This document shows, piece after piece, positions 51,201-64,000 of a stretch of DNA of 64,000 bases. The stretch is taken from contig JAQGDQ010000059.1 of NCBI GenBank assembly GCA_030141605.1, positions 248,001-312,000 of the forward strand. The letters run 5' to 3'. Source of the DNA: Tubiluchus corallicola (taxonomy: Eukaryota; Animalia; Priapulida). Below the pieces are notes generated by a model. It was not told where the DNA came from. It was given only the letters and a program-made list of their open reading frames with translations, and did not search any database. How positions within the stretch are numbered: position 1 is the first letter of the stretch; every line of letters begins with the position of its first letter. A program made the position numbers and the translations under genes.

Positions 51201-53999
51201 CAAGGTATCAGTTTGAAATATTGAAATGTAAACTTTTTGCCAATCTCATAATCATACCTCAATCACTAAAATCCATTAAGCTTAGGCTTATATGTCCATC
51301 CGCCAGTATCACTCAGTGATGCTGTTATTAGCTAAATTTAAAGCCATAAAACCATTCGGTAATTACTTAATAATATTCTGTGCTGAAGTGTGTGGCTCTT
51401 AATAAATTCAAAAGATAGAACATAAACATCTTAATAGCACTTTATGTCATTAGGTACCGGTGCGCCTGCTAGGTACTGAAGTTCGGTACGCGGTATCACT
51501 AGGATTTCCCAGTCAAATATGAACGTTCATGACATGAAAACTGACTTTGCTCATACAAATGTGATAATACAATCTTTCTTGAGACATAGGTCATTCAAAT
51601 GTGACAAAGGCTTTGAAAACGAAGAAAACTTAATTTTCAAGACTTCGTATTTTGATAGATCCTTTATAAAAATTATCTAACAAATAAAATAATGCGTACA
51701 AATAATAAGTAGAGATTTTCTTGTAATCATTTATTTCTTGGCTGAAAATTGTATAGTTATAATTATGAAAATGCAAATATAAGCGTGATGTCGTTATCAA
51801 TATACTTAGTTATTTTGAGTGTTCTGTGTTCTGGGGTCTTAGCAAGCTCCTTATCAATTTTTTAGGTTCCTAGTCGGAAGCACTTCATTCTCCCACAAAC
51901 AGCTTGTCGCTCCATTCCCTTTATTCTAGTCAGAAATAACTGACATAAAATACAGATCATGCAGATTACACAACAGAAAAATATTGAAACCGAATACTCA
52001 GACATTCCCAGATTCCTAACCCACTGATCAATTATTGCAATTGTAGCATTGGTATTACTCAACTATCAAACGGAAATCTTTCCCCACACTCTACCCAGAT
52101 ATAATCGACAGGTATCATACACGCATTAATTTAATGTCGATTGCATTTGACGCAGCTTCATCCCACAAGTGATTGATGAAAGGTATAATGTTCAGTTTCC
52201 TGTTAACGTCTAAGTGCAACCAATAGGCTATCAGCGATTGATTGTAACTGCTTGTTGCTGTATTTTAACTACAAAATAGTCATAATATTTACGCTAATTG
52301 ATGTATAATTGCTAAAAATCAGCCGAGTCAGCTGCGCATATATGCAAAATTGTCATAAATTCTGATATTATTCTGGTAAAAACCGTAAACTGCCAAAAAT
52401 AGATCAGGCCGCTAGCGTACATTCCATTTTGTAATACGATTGGGTCAACTATAGACCTAAATACTTAAAAAATAAATATTAAAGCGTTTACATATAGGTG
52501 TTATTGTAAACGAAAAGACAGAAAACTAAAATTAAACTACAAAGAATGTCATAAATTTTGATGTTAACAACTATCGTACTGCTACAAAGTCTAAGATTAC
52601 TTATTAAGAAAAAGATTAACTGGCAGTTCAAAAATTTTGAAACTAGTTGATGAATTTGACTCCAATTACTCTTATGTGAATATCGCAAATATCTGACGAC
52701 CAACAGTATTGTGAATGCAAACATCTTTGATGTCTGATACTATGTTAGCGACTGCATCAACATACTGCACGTTACCTTCAAAGCTCAATTACTAACGTTA
52801 TTTTAATTATAAAGAACATTACAAACATTAATGATGAAGCGATTGTTTAATCAAGCAAGGTTGGCCCACTACGGATGTATGCCACACGCCAACTTCTAGC
52901 ACAGCAATATTAAGATATTAAGATTTTAGAAAAGACATGTGGCGCCAAGAGGATGAAATCATGTAATGTTAGCTAATTGCCAATACACTCATATATGCCT
53001 ACATCGGATGCACCTCCACTTGATAATTTTTTACAATACACCACTGCTGCTCAGTAACATATTTGTGAAACAACATAACATTAAATTCACTTACTTAACA
53101 TTTATCAATTACTCCTTTGTGTACAGCTATATAAATAATACTGCTGCACGAACAATAATTGTTACGTGAAAATAACTTTTTTAACTGAGCAAATTTTATT
53201 TCTCTTTCCAAATGTGGCCCGCTGGAGATTTATGGATGTTCTCTCATCTCATGGGTAAGTAGAAAACTTGAAAGTTTACATCACTTGAAAGACAGTTATA
53301 GGTTGTACAAGAGAAGCGCAGCTGCCCAAATATTCAACAGCGCAGTCTCTAAAATGCTTTAATGACTCACAAGAGATGTGAATGTTTGAATGTTTTTACA
53401 AAGCTGTCGATCGTTTAATAAATTCATTTATTTTATGACTCGGTACGCAGTTAGACTATTCCCTTAGAGAACATTAATGAAAAAATATTATTAATGCGTT
53501 AGATGAGTTTAAAACGCAATAAACCCATTGATGGGATTCAACTGAGTAAAAGAACTGAATGTCCTGCAACGAAAATCAGTAATGCGAATAAAGGTGGCTA
53601 TGAGTAAACTTGGCTGACAAAAATGTTCAAAATGAATAACTTACGAATTGAGAAGTTTAAATTACTTTCAACAACTTAATTTAAATGTTATTGTCAGAGA
53701 CAGTTTGAGAATAATTATAAGCACGAGGATTTCTTTAATATTTTGATTGTTAAATTAGTCAAATTCAGCACAATTATTACTCACGTAGATTCCGAATTGA
53801 TTAAGCAGTGTACCCAGTTTTTAATATTAACTTAAAGTATTTGCTTTGAGTGGCAGTTACAACATATAACGAGGAGCAAGTCTGAGATGCTCAAGCATTT
53901 TGTTTTTCCTGCTAATTTTAGTAAAGCCGACAGTACAATTTATTCGATGTAGAAATTTCAACTTTTTTTGAGAAGTTGCTTTTACTATATTATTATTTT

Positions 54000-54070
54000 T
54001 TATTGCAAGGTAAGTAAAACTAAATCATCTGCATATATAATATGGTTGGTTTTAGCATTGTCTACAAGGT
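54000..54070 (-). mobile_element. Non-LTR reverse transcriptase remnant (YADD motif)
   Basis: Minus-strand NHIIYADDLVLL, the catalytic RT motif, in a short broken frame. Confidence 0.65.
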
Positions 54071-55512
54071 AGTTTTGTGGATATATATATAGTCCGTTTT
54101 TCCGCGTACAGCAAAAAATGTAAATTGAAACGGTAAAAAAGTGCAACGACTTATAGTCTTGTATATGCGGAGGATAGCAAAATAACAAGCTAATGATTTC
54201 ACAGTAATTTCTGAGCCTCTGTTTTATTTAACGTGTCAGTTACGCAAATGTAATGAATTGTGGCGGAAATACCATTAAATGACCACTGTATAATACAGAA
54301 AAGCATCACATCTATATTCACAATGCTGTTCATTGTTGGTTCAGTGACTTCTGCTCATGTGTCTGTTACTCTATGGGCTGTAAATTACATGCATGCATTA
54401 AGGGTGATATAATCTAGGTGTGTAATACATTTATTAGAGGTGCGATGCTGCGCCTATATAAATAGTAGCAGGGGAAATTAGACGTGCTGGTTAAGTTTAC
54501 ATAGTCAATCATTACGCGTATTGCAATCACACTATGAAGCTCGAAAAAATTATTATGCTAATGGATGCATGTGTAATTTTTGTGGCTGCTTGGAAAGTTT
54601 TAATATGGTAAACCTAATTATTTAATACTAAAACTTCCCAATCGTTGCTTTCATTAAAGTTGTCTTTCTTGGAATTGAAGTTGCTATTCAACTGGCCTAT
54701 TTAGTTTGTTAATAAATGAACTTTTGTTAGTTTCCTAAATGGGCAGTACAACGGTTTACATGAACCTGTCTTAAATATATGATATGAAGCAACCTATGAA
54801 GTTTTAATATTAATTTCAATATATTTTTTACTTTTAATATTATTTTAGTGCACATCTAACAAGAATGTTTTGGTTTTATTTATATGAATTGTTTGACTAT
54901 TCTTTTATGGGTTTAATAAAAATTACCTATACGTTGATTATCCCTTTCAAATCTCGGTCAAATATTATAGTCATATTATATTCCAGATTTATCTTCTGAG
55001 AATTTAACGCGTTTTTAAAATCTCGCATTCTGTGTCTATTAATGTAATTATCCTGTTAATAGCACGGCATTATACAGCTCGTAAAACATTACGAGATGGG
55101 CACTAAAACTCATCAGGACGGAAAATGTGACTCGTACAGGCCTAACACATTAATGCGCGTTTCAGATTTAGAATAAAATTTTATTAATTCAATTAAGGCT
55201 GTGTTCAGCAGCTATCATAATGTAGAGGCTTAATAATAGCAAGTATTCTTGTAAAATATCAGTCTACCCAGAGTTAGTATTGAAACCCAAATCACGAGTT
55301 ATTCATGCATGAAGCATGCTCGCGTAGCCACTCGGCGATAAACCCAAACGAATCACGCCATGAAAGTCGTCTTAGATCTCTTCTAGATTTCAGCAGGTGT
55401 AAGTTAAATATTTTAATTTAAAAAAATGGTTTGTAGCTTTGCTTGTAAGGTTTTCTTGTTAACACTTTTATCATTTTACTGATTACAAACAAGGGATTAT
55501 CTAATTACCCAT

Positions 55513-55610
55513 GGCGTGTGTTTAGTGACCACAATTAAGCAAGGTTGAGTCTAGTCAGTAAATGGATGAATGACAGAGAAGAAAATGTACTGAATAAGCT
55601 GGGTCTGTTG
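55513..55610 (+). mobile_element. 5S-rRNA-like SINE fragment
   Basis: GCGTGTG...AATTAAGCAAGGTTGAGTCTAGTCAGTAAATGGATGAATGAC...AAGCTGGG resembles the 5S A-box/C-box region. Confidence 0.55.
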
Positions 55611-56094
55611 GTTGAAGGATGATGTAAATATAATATAAACGCTTTATTTTACAAACATAAACACAAGTACAATTAACAAATCACACATTTAAATAAACAA
55701 CGCATACAGGAACACTTCCGTACAAGTACAGGACTCTTTTTAAGCGTAGTTGATAAAAAAATACCACAATTCATAACAAAAACATGTACATACATATCAA
55801 GGTGCTGATTAAATACATTAATTCTTAGCAAAATTAGTTCGCACCTCTTAATTTAGAATCACGTGTCGTTGAAATGTTATGCACATAGTTAATCAACAAT
55901 TTCCACATCTTCCAGGATGACGTATACGCAAGGAAATGTGCTCAGAACCGAATTGAATAAAACGCAAATAATTACAAATAGCACTTTTTAGCAATTCTTT
56001 GCAACTTACATCGTGTTTAAATGTCGAGTTAAATTCTCATTTCCATAGTGCACTAATGTACATGAAAACATAGACATGAGGATTGAGATAGTAA

Positions 56095-56480
56095 TGTATC
56101 TGTATGTCCGTCCACTTTTTCTCGGCTTTGGAATAATGTAGGTAGTTGATACCTTGCACAGAGGTAGGATATCGTTCAAGCTTGGAACCTGTTAATTTTT
56201 GAATCAATCGGTGTAGATTTGAATTTTTTACAATTTTTAAAGGTCTGTGCATAACAATTATGCGGTATAATAAAAATATGCTTATTATCGCTGTATAATA
56301 GGCTGAGCGCTGTTCAGGCTTGGTACCAACTATGGCGTTATTGGTCCAGTCTGTTTATCTGTCCGTCTGTCTGTCGCCACTTTTTCTCGGCTCTGTGATA
56401 TGGCATAGTCCAAGCTGGGAGGCTACAAATTTTGGAGTCATTGTGGCGCAGGTTGAATTTTTTACATTTTTTTGAAGATT
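56095..56480 (+). mobile_element. Two adjacent diverged copies of a non-autonomous element with GTCY repeats (Helentron/DINE-1-like)
   Basis: Both copies have (GTCY)n followed by CCACTTTTTCTCGGCT, CAAGCT.GG and TTGAATTTTTTACA. Confidence 0.5.
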
Positions 56481-58036
56481 AGCGTGTAATGTAGTCTCCA
56501 TGCACGTTGTTTAAAGCACAAGAAAACACTCTTTGTAAATAGCACTTAAAAATTCATCTTGAAATTTTAAGATCACTTATATTTTTTGTTACATACTGCC
56601 TTATTGCATACAGGGCTTTCGTTAACAGTAACGCTGTATAAAATTTGTAAATTTAAACTCCCGTGACGACCGTTAGGTGCAGCCATTTTAACGGTAAGTC
56701 GTTTAAAATATGCATTAAATAACATTTTATAAAGTTAAAAAAACAGTCAGAGCATTCGTAGCACACATTTCATTAACTAAGCAAATACATAAATTACTGT
56801 ATCTTATGAATAAGATTAAAAATACGTTTCTTGGTGAGTTAGTGGCGTACTGAGAGGGTGAGTCAGCAACATTTTGCCAGTTGGCGCGAATACTTTACAT
56901 AATTAAGAATTTTCTTTTCCAGTTACGTAAGTCTTTCAAGCAGGCAAGCGTAATGCTAAGTAATATAATTCTGCGTGGAAAGTTTTTTGGGACATACTTT
57001 AAAATTGCCTCTTGTGTTCCTTTAACTTAAACCCGCAGGATACAACAGTGGCCTGTAGTTTGGAGACGTTTAAAATTTTTAATCGGATGTTCAGTATGTC
57101 CGTAGCTGCTTCTTCACAGAAATTTGGTTTCATTTAAAGAGTCAATGAAGGAACCTTTGCAGTGGTCTCGAAGTATGTCAGTCCTACTGACTGGACAACT
57201 ATGTCCCGCTACTGAGGGCTCTAATTTTTATTTGTTCATTGAATTCTGTAAAAGAAAGTTCATCAAGACTGCGGTTACTGTTTGCAGTTATGGCTGATTG
57301 GTTACGGTAAATGATTGGAAAATGGAAATTCGTGGGGTCATTCTATATAGGTTCGAATTTTGCCGCCTGTGCCATCTTTGCTTCATTTTTTGCCCTTCTC
57401 TTTGTTTGCGTGATTTACAAACCAGTTTTTCTGAATGACGAACACGGATTTTTTAGAATGACAAATTAAGTCATTTCATAACGATTGCCCGCTTTACACA
57501 GTAATAATTTTGCAACTTTAAGTCTTAGCCGTTGAAATCAGGCAAAATTGATGCAGAATTGATTTGCATGCGACTGTAATTATGTTCAGATATCTTTCGA
57601 AAAATTCTTGCTGCTAATACGGGAGAATTTCAGAAAAGATTTCAGTTACTAATCGATCATTTAACACCGCGAACAAAAACGCATGAATGACCAATGGGAT
57701 GAGCAGATAACTGTGACGTGATTATTATGCAAATTCGTTGACAATACAGCGTCGTCCAACTGGCATTTTACAAATCGGTACTATTAAACTGAAACTGCAA
57801 ATTTAATGGCAAATAAAAAACATTTAAAAGTTATTTTGAAGTATGTGTCAATGCACCTGATGCTTCGAATCATGCAAAATGATAGCATACGCATTGTTTA
57901 AAACTATAATATGACGATATGTTTTTTTAGAGAGTGATAATTCGGATTGCTAGTGTGTGCAATTTAGATTATGTATATTGAAATATTGCAAAATGATCAC
58001 AAAGGACGTGTAAATTTTCTAGTATTTTTCGCTATT

Positions 58037-58315
58037 CTGTTTATTCCAGTCATGAATCATCATCATCATCATCATCATCACCGTCATCATTATCATCATC
58101 ATCATCTTCTTCTTCTTCTTTACTCCTCTTTTCTTTTTCTTCGTCTTCTTAATATTAACTAACATCACCAACGTATTCATCATCATCAACATTATTTTTT
58201 CATCGACGTCATCATCATTATCATTACAGTTACGATTAGTGTTACTGTTACTGTTAGTGTTACTGTTATTGTTAGTGTTACTGTTGGTGTAACTGTCACT
58301 CTTACTGATACTGTT
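58037..58315. repeat. Compound (CAT)n/(CTT)n/(GTTACT)n low-complexity repeat
   Basis: Seen directly. Confidence 0.9.
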
Positions 58316-59139
58316 TCCACTATTCCACTAATACAGCAGTATTGCTGACACTTGTATTTTCCCACGGTTAAAATCCATAAATGTTATTAAAACCTGCATT
58401 AACTCAAGTCATTACCAATTAATATCAATTTTCAACGCCACAGTACTTCACAAAATTTAATTTCGTTTTCAAAATCTTTAAATAACCCTCTCAACGCTTC
58501 CGCTTTACATTGTGTTTGGTTATTACTACCGCTTAGTGCGTGAACCACATTTCCATAAAACTTCTTTTCTTCTGCTCATATTTTATTGCCTGTATTCGGC
58601 AATGATAATATACGTTCATCATTTGCATAGGAAAGTATACTGCTAACCTCCATGATTGTAAAACACAGAACAGTGTAAATATAGAAGTTAATAACACGGC
58701 AAAACACGCCTACGATAATATTGACATAAACGACTTCTAGTCACTGCAACAACATGCAACATAAACGACTTCTAGCCAACATTCTTTTAGATCCATTTTG
58801 CATGCATATAACTAAGACAACTTTGTAGTGTTTATCATACATTGCATTAAAGGAAAATAGAATGATTTTTCATACCTTGCTTTTTTCTGAGGTTCAGTAA
58901 ATAGGATAGATATTAGCGCCTATAATAATGCCAAAGTGTTTCTGATAATAAAATAATAGCTTAAAAACTTAATTAACAGCCTGTGAACCCAGTTGTTGAT
59001 GACGTTACAACTGAACATAATTTTCAACAAACATTCCACGACGTGTTACACATATTATTTTGCGAAAGCGAAAATTGAAATACAGTGCTACTGTACAACA
59101 TTCAGTGTGATATACGATAACTGGGCAAATTTACGGTTA

Positions 59140-59397
59140 AAAATTTAAAATCTAAGTTTATCGCTGTGTCGTCATGCGATATCATCACAAGTGCTGCTAC
59201 GTCAGAAATGAACTGGGAGGCACAACGTTTGTTTTTTGTGCGTATGCAGTTCCGAGATGTAGTCGCTGTGCTCATCTGACTAGTGAATGGCGATATTCAT
59301 GTAGCTGGGCGAGAACGTGAAATTAAACTTATATAGTAATAATTCTTTCACGTAAGTGACTCTTAAAAACGATTGTTCTCTTTCAGTATTTCAAACA
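59140..59397 (+). repeat. Dispersed repeat, copy 2 (homologous to 12590-12840)
   Basis: Same collinear blocks as copy 1. Confidence 0.8.
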
Positions 59398-60580
59398 TCT
59401 TAGTTCAAAATTGAATTCAGTTCCCCTTTAATTACACTGTAGTCATAGCCCTTTTTGTGCTAATGCCACTGTCACTAGTTGGGTGCCAATTGAACTATTT
59501 CGATTACATTTCTGAGTTAGGTTATCTCAATAAAAGCAAAATTGAAGTTTATAGTATCATAAATAGTAAGTACAGATCGCAAGTGGTTATAGCAGAAACA
59601 TAAAAATGTTATAGCATAAAATGTAAATTATTTAGATTCATTCTATAAAATGATCCAGCAAAATGGTCTGAATGTAGTTGACAGCAATTTTAGGCTATAA
59701 AGACATAATGTATAACCATTCCAGCTGCCGATGGCAATGTTAAATGTCTTTGGAGCATGCAGGCTTTCTTGCAGACTTGTGATAACATTCACTTATTGCA
59801 CTCAATAGTAAGAATAGTACTACACAGTCCACAGTGTCATCTTGGAATTAATGTAGCAGTGCATTTGAATCAGTTACAGACTAGCAATGCTCATCAAGCA
59901 CTGGTAATTCAAAAAAATCTGGAAAGAAGACATTTTATCGATTTACATTAATTAGTCAGTTAAACCAGTGAGTACAGGGCTCTCAGAGCAGAGCAGAGGT
60001 TGCAGAATTAGTGACAACAGAAATTAGCAGCAGAGCAGAGCAGCACCGCAAGTAAAGGGTGGAAATAGCTGTTCTGAAACTTGACTATATCCTACAACTA
60101 ACAAATAGGCCTCTCTGAAAGCCTAGAAGAGGCAATGATGCGAGCTGAACTAGAGGCAAATAGCAATGTAAAATGCCGGATGCGCTCTTACGACAACTTT
60201 AAAAGATTTCCAGAATCACGCAGGTGATAGATGGACAAATAAGCATACAAACAGAGCAAACCCCCGGCCAGTGATGAAAATAGCAGTTGACTTAGCTTGT
60301 TTAAATGAATTTGGAATGTGCAAAGCGCCTGCACGCGAGCCAAGATCAATGAAAAGTTTTACCGCTTTGGTGACTAATTATATAGCACTGATGAACCGGC
60401 ACTCAAGAACAGCACCTGCTAATAATATTGAATAGTTGTGGCGCGACTGAAATTTAACTAATTATAAAAAAACCCTCTGAAATGAGACACTGAGCTCGCA
60501 GAGATGTCTTAGTCACGTTCTGGGACAATATACATCTTCCCTCAATAAGTAAAACAACTTGAAGCAGTACGGCAGATGAA

Positions 60581-60663
60581 ACATCCCAGCTTTTCCGTCT
60601 CGTGTCACTCTTTCATTTACTAAGCAGACCAGGCGCTACTTAACTTCGCAACCAATAACACGC
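60581..60663 (-). mobile_element. 5S-rRNA-like SINE fragment
   Basis: Reverse complement GCGTGTTATTGGTTGCGAAGTTAAGTAGCGCCTGGTCTGCTTAGTAAATGAAAGAGTGAC...AAGCTGGG aligns by eye with the 55.5-kb copy. Confidence 0.55.
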
Positions 60664-62095
60664 TGTTACCATTCAGCGATCAGGTATAAATGCCCTTATT
60701 ATTTTCCTTCAAAACTAGAATGTGAGGAGTGGCTAAATAAGGAAAATTTGCTGCATAATAGCTAGACATTGTTTGGATAAAAATGCTAATTTGACAGCGT
60801 AGCGAAGCATGTTATTCTAACAACTGCGCATTTCTATGGTAAAATTGCTATGAAATTATTAGTTTTATCAAAAGTGAGTGTGGGGCTCTGACACCTAAAT
60901 ACGCTATTAAATATAAGGCTGGCAGATAATACAACAATAATTGTTAGCACTGATGTTATTGCAGAATGCAAACATTGTACCCAAAAGTTAATCACTTTTG
61001 GCTATAATAGTTACCAGAAAAAGCTAATTACTTTGAGCTATTTTAGTTGTGTGTACCGCCACGAATAAAAGACCTCTACGTTATTTCTGACTAATTTGCA
61101 TAATTTAGGTAACGCTATTTATAAACGAATGCACTTTCACTAGTATTCACTGTTCTAATTAGATGTTTATGGTATGATGCGTGCAATGTACTAGTTAATG
61201 TTCAAGTACTGAACAATTAGGCTTTTCCAATAGCTGAAAACGACTTATTTTAGTTCTTCGCTCATTGTCGAATGCCGAAGCACAGGCATAAGGCAATTTA
61301 ACAACATGCATACACAAAGCCGTAAGAATTTGACAGTTATAACTTATAGAACACGCCCGTGACTATTGCCAATAACGAAGGTTTGGTTCCATTCAAAAAA
61401 AGCAAAATATAGAATTCCAGAACCCGAAAAAGAGAGCACAGTATTCCTTTCCCTTCAGAACTCGTGAACCAAACAGACACAGGTCGATTGGCCCACTTTG
61501 GCGAAACTAGTATTTGGCAAAGCGATTAAAGTCGAGCACAAGAGCATACTTGATGCACAGCTATAAGCCTGTCATTTAAAAATTTGGAGTAGCTGTTTGT
61601 TTACCAACCGGTTGTATTTACCTAGTTATTGCTGGGGAATCCTCTTTGTTTTACAGGTGCCAAGTACGTAATTAGAAAATTCGCCATCAGATTTGTCTGA
61701 AAACTAAATACACTGATTATCTGATTGTTTGATCACTTCCTCTTGTCAAAGGAAATGTTTTAATCATTTATTTTTATCAATTTTAACGGCAATTAACCCT
61801 GCGATTTATTAAATCGGGTGCAAATTGACCTACATGCAAATTATAGGCGAATACAAAGCAAAGTCAGTTCTTGGACACCATAATAGGAAAAATAACACCA
61901 ATCAGTATCCAGTCTATTTTAATATTTTAACTTCCACATCTAACAGGAAGTGCTATTACGCATCCAAGTTTAATAACAATGATACAAACGTGCTTACTCG
62001 GATGAAAGATTGTTTTTGAAGCAACATATATAATCAGTCTCAATAAAACATACTAAGCATTCGTCGCGCACATTTTGATCATTTAGGGCACTTAC

Positions 62096-62229
62096 TTGTG
62101 GTAGAAAATCCTCCCCGTATTCTTGTCCAACAGTGTTTGCCATTTTATGCCGTTTTGTCGGTTTAGTTTCTCCAGTTGAGACAGTATTTCCTTAAATCCT
62201 TCACTCATCCCTTCCTTGTATTCTTCTTT
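62096..62229 (-). CDS. Internal coding exon encoding the N-terminal half of a WW domain (host gene unidentified)
   Basis: ttcttacattgattgcAG | KEEYKEGMSEGFKEILSQLEKLNRQNGIKWQTLLDKNTGRIFYH(N) | GTAAGT; 134 nt, phase 0 to 2; W....D..TGR.FY.N is the WW signature. Confidence 0.6.
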
Positions 62230-63164
62230 CTGCAATCAATGTAAGAAGAGCATTGTATACGAAATAACATAATGTACCTAACTGCTTCTGCAACCACAGG
62301 ACCACTTTAAAATGTGTAGTCACTATATTCTATAAAAAGAAAATTGACAAAAGAAATCCAGCAGGTCGTCTTCATACAACAAAAGCTATTCAAGGTTCTT
62401 ACAAGAAATTAATTTTGATGCAGACGGAAAGTGATCTTTTGCACGGTCCCCTTTTACAAACTTTGCTGCTGTATGGGGCACGCATAATTCTTTGGGTACC
62501 TGTTTTTATCAGGCACCATCAAGCTTCTTTTGGAATGTTAAATAGTCGCACGATGCGAACTGAATAAAAAATCAACTCCGAATATGGCTTTGCATATTTT
62601 GTTATTAGAATACTTAAAAAAATTGCACTTTTTTAAAGCTTTTCAAATGCGAAAAACTACTAACAATTAAGCTAATGCAATAACGCTATAGTTCTTATTG
62701 AGTGCCGTAACTTAAAAATAAGCAGAACTGATTTACAACCTCAGACTAATTTGTCGTGGGGCATATATTACGGATCATAAATTTGAAATGTTTTAATGGA
62801 TACGGCTTCTAAGGGACCTCTGCATCTAGTTAACAGCCTATAAAAATGCACGTAACATAATAACGTTTTACGTAAATCAAACTATAGCAGCCAGGAACTT
62901 TTAATTATGAGGATGTATTAATTGCAATTCCTAGTTCACCAGAGAAAAACTGAGAAAGGCGTCTGATTCCAGTTCCATGAAAGTACTATGAAACGAAAAC
63001 TAGTTCAAGTATCCAGTTTTAGTTTCCATTTCCTTTATGCAAAAGTTCCCAACGCTTGGGTTGGTTTAACCTTAATGGGCAAACGCCATTTACAAAAACA
63101 TTTAAAAATTAACGTCATTGAAACTTGGTTCAGTTCCTTAAAACCGAAATGTAAAAATCAATAA

Positions 63165-63435
63165 CTGTTCCAGCTGATGTCATTCCTGGAAATAGAACAG
63201 ATTTCTGGAGTTTCGCTTCCTAACAAAGTTCCTTTGACAAATTGGTAGAGAAGAGTATCAGAGGGAAAAACACGTAGGACAAAATTGTCTTCCATGAACT
63301 TTAGCAGCGTTATACAAACATTTTTGGGATTTTTTTCAGGGTGATAAATTTTTGATGTAATAAAAAAATCTTCTATACACTTGACAGGTTTTGTATTAAT
63401 TAATTCAAGCATTTCTTGTCCATAGTTCTTTTTCA
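63165..63435 (-). CDS. Possible coding exon, unknown product
   Basis: A ttccagttttcAG acceptor opens a ~90-codon frame; no convincing donor site and no recognisable domain. Confidence 0.25.
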
Positions 63436-64000
63436 CTGAAAACTGGAAGATCGCATAGCATAGGTGTTCCGCGTTGTTCGCTCATTGTGGCTGGGCGGCT
63501 AGCTTTAAATTCTCTTTTGTACGCAAACACTAGGTCTATGAACTATACCCCCCCCTCCCTGTTTCAATACAATGCTGTCTATAACATTGAGAAGTAATGC
63601 ATTTTAGGTTGGGAGCGTCACTTCAAAGCGAAGGGAGCAATTGTTTTTACACGCAGAACCTGTACATGTTTTCTTATTTTGATACCTGTGATTGGTTGAT
63701 TATAGCTCTTCCGGTGAAATATTTACCTATTTTGGCAACTGAGCTTATTCTATGCATATACTTGCTCACTGAAATTTCTACTCCACTCGACAGCAGCTGT
63801 GTCTATACAGTTTCAAGGTGACATATATGAAAACATGCGATAAGACAATACTGTTTTATGCAAAATTCAATGACGCGCACGCATGCAATAATTAATTAAC
63901 AGACAGCCGATAAATAATTTCCATGACCTACCTGCATGTATTGCACGCTTGTGACGAGAAATAGTTAATGGTAGTTAACTTTTATGAATCAATAACGAAA

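Noticed and set aside
62050-62110. TTSKCPK read as a TnpB/Fanzor zinc-ribbon motif
   Set aside because: Stop codon follows immediately, no RuvC motifs, and the segment is better explained as the WW exon donor site

Overview
AT-rich animal (probably invertebrate) genomic DNA, mostly intergenic or intronic and full of microsatellites and decayed retro/DNA-transposon remnants. Well-supported genes: a divergently transcribed replication-dependent histone pair (H2A 7537-7905 minus; H2B 8354-8725 plus), each with a perfect 3' stem-loop and an identical 19-nt downstream element, and a complete uninterrupted 849-aa WDR63/DNAI3 (IC140-type inner-arm dynein intermediate chain) ORF at 43761-46310 minus with RFX/forkhead-like motifs upstream. 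Less certain: a ~328-aa single-exon ORF of unknown function (16658-17644 minus) and an isolated splice-bounded exon encoding the first half of a WW domain (62096-62229 minus). The most interesting signals are the variant-like histones (SPKK-containing H2B; H2A with a basic loop 1 and P117K), their long shared downstream element, the intron-free DNAI3 with a splice acceptor 1 nt before its ATG, a repeat family with 5S-rRNA-like internal sequence, and a palindromic 21-bp minisatellite. All calls come from reading the sequence by eye; no searches were run.
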